A stretch of DNA of 64,000 nucleotides from contig NW_025963890.1 in assembly GCF_023055435.1 (NCBI RefSeq), forward strand, positions 1,798,001 through 1,862,000, given 5' to 3'. The notes below the pieces were generated by a model. The model saw only the letters and a program-made list of their open reading frames with translations. It was not told the DNA's origin and searched no databases. Below are positions 62,888 to 64,000 of this stretch, piece after piece; the stretch's first letter is position 1; the number at the start of each line of letters is the position of its first letter. Position numbers and translations under genes: made by a program. The DNA comes from Haliotis rufescens. Its lineage: Eukaryota.

Positions 62888-63155
62888 GAGCCCCGGTGGC
62901 CCAGTGACCCTTGACCCTGCAATTTTCTGTGCAGAGTAGCATCCCATGCACATCCAGAAACCTGTGAAGGTAGAGTGGAACCCAGGGTCACCCTGATTAT
63001 GTTTCTAGGGTGTGAGCACCATGCCCGTGTTTTGGGTTTCAGCAAATTGGTAAACGCCTATGCACTGGTTCACGTTTGGTTTTCTCCCACAGAAGCGGGC
63101 AAACCATGATATAACTGACCTAGTGTTCAAAGCAGCTTCAAATACCAACTCACTA
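62888..63155 (+). mobile_element. Family D SINE, decayed
   Basis: GGTGGCCCAGT head, TGATTATGTTTCTAGG body, GGTTTTCTCCCACA, tail CCAACTCACT. Confidence 0.65.
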
Positions 63156-63479
63156 ATATCAAGAACATCAATTTATTTCAAGTGGAAGAAGCACATCCAT
63201 GCAGTCATGAAATGTGATTTTCATACGGTGTTTTGAAACACTGTTAAATCTAAATAAACCAAAGACAAAAAAAATACTTTTAAGGGTGCTTCAATCAATA
63301 CTATACAGGGTTTGAAGCTGAGTTTGTAAAGCTAATCACAGGAGGTGGTCAGAAACCAATTTCCTTAAAAGCTATATCGTGAGTACACAGGTCTTGATGT
63401 TCCAGACAGAAATATATGTTCGAACTAAAATGTTTGTTTCGTTTAATTGTTTTTGTGAACTAGAAATACCTGAGGTTTT

Positions 63480-63507
63480 GCCAGACTTTCGTGATGTTCA
63501 TCAGTGA
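63480..63507 (-). ncRNA. Relic (probably inactive) minimal type I hammerhead ribozyme core
   Basis: Minus strand UCA-CUGAUGA-ACAUCAC-GAAA-GUC-UGG: both core boxes, GUC triplet and 3-bp stem I present; stem III missing and stem II broken. Confidence 0.35.
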
Positions 63508-63911
63508 TAGCTTTCTGAGGATGCAGTCTTGTCTCTTGGCATGGTTCGGTATCAGACTGCTCGCTCCATTTCCCAGTACAGAGCTGCATCCAAGCAGCAA
63601 AGTACTGGATAACATTCTAACTCTTGCATATATTCAAAAACACTATGGATACAAAAAAATGATAAAATGATCTATTTTATCAACTCAACTAGAAAATGTG
63701 ACCTATTAGCTCTGAGATATTGTAGATTAAATTATTTTTGTGATCAACACAGTGAATGTTACAGAGAAAATAGATGACACCACGGAACCTGGGGTCAGGG
63801 TGTCCAAAGCATTATAATGTGTCTTGTTCTGACGATTTCTGTGGCAACAAACAGCAACATACATTAGTTTGTCACTAATTGATAAACTGCCTGTTGTTAC
63901 CCACAATCCTT

Positions 63912-64000
63912 GTGTTTGCTTGTTTGTTTGTTCGTTAGTTAACGCAGCACTCAGTAATATTCCAGCCTTATGACGGAGGTCTTTAAATACTGGACCAGAC
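63912..64000 (-). mobile_element. SINE-like family B tail, truncated by window end
   Basis: (TTTG)n then GCACTCAGTAATATTCCAGC..ATGACGG...CTGGACCAGAC. Confidence 0.85.

Overview
Eukaryotic, repeat-rich non-coding DNA; no intact protein-coding gene, rRNA, tRNA or CRISPR array can be supported. The repeat complement (Meta-domain SINE, Helentron-type non-autonomous elements, (TCAC)n-tailed tRNA SINEs) suggests a mollusc, possibly abalone; this is recall-based inference, not verified. Contents: (i) about 11 unrelated minisatellite arrays (units 46, 61, 98, ~20, 21, 83, 32, 38, 42, 51, 45 bp) that explain nearly all long ORFs in the ORF track; (ii) five SINE-like families: A (tRNA-Asp-like head), B (non-tRNA head that can be drawn as a pseudoknot, 13 copies), C (tRNA + Meta domain), D (tRNA + V-like domain) and one 5S-rRNA-headed CORE element, several with clear 12-15 bp TSDs; (iii) non-autonomous DNA transposons (Tc2-, Tigger-, Tc1-like, a 1.7 kb element with a 6-bp TSD, Helentron/HINE-type); (iv) heavily decayed tyrosine-recombinase element fossils (Ngaro-, DIRS-, Crypton-like) and a relic hammerhead core; (v) four assembly gaps. 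Most insertions lie on the minus strand. The best candidate for an undescribed system is the structured 5' head of SINE family B, a possible self-processing RNA. All alignments, folds and counts were done by eye.
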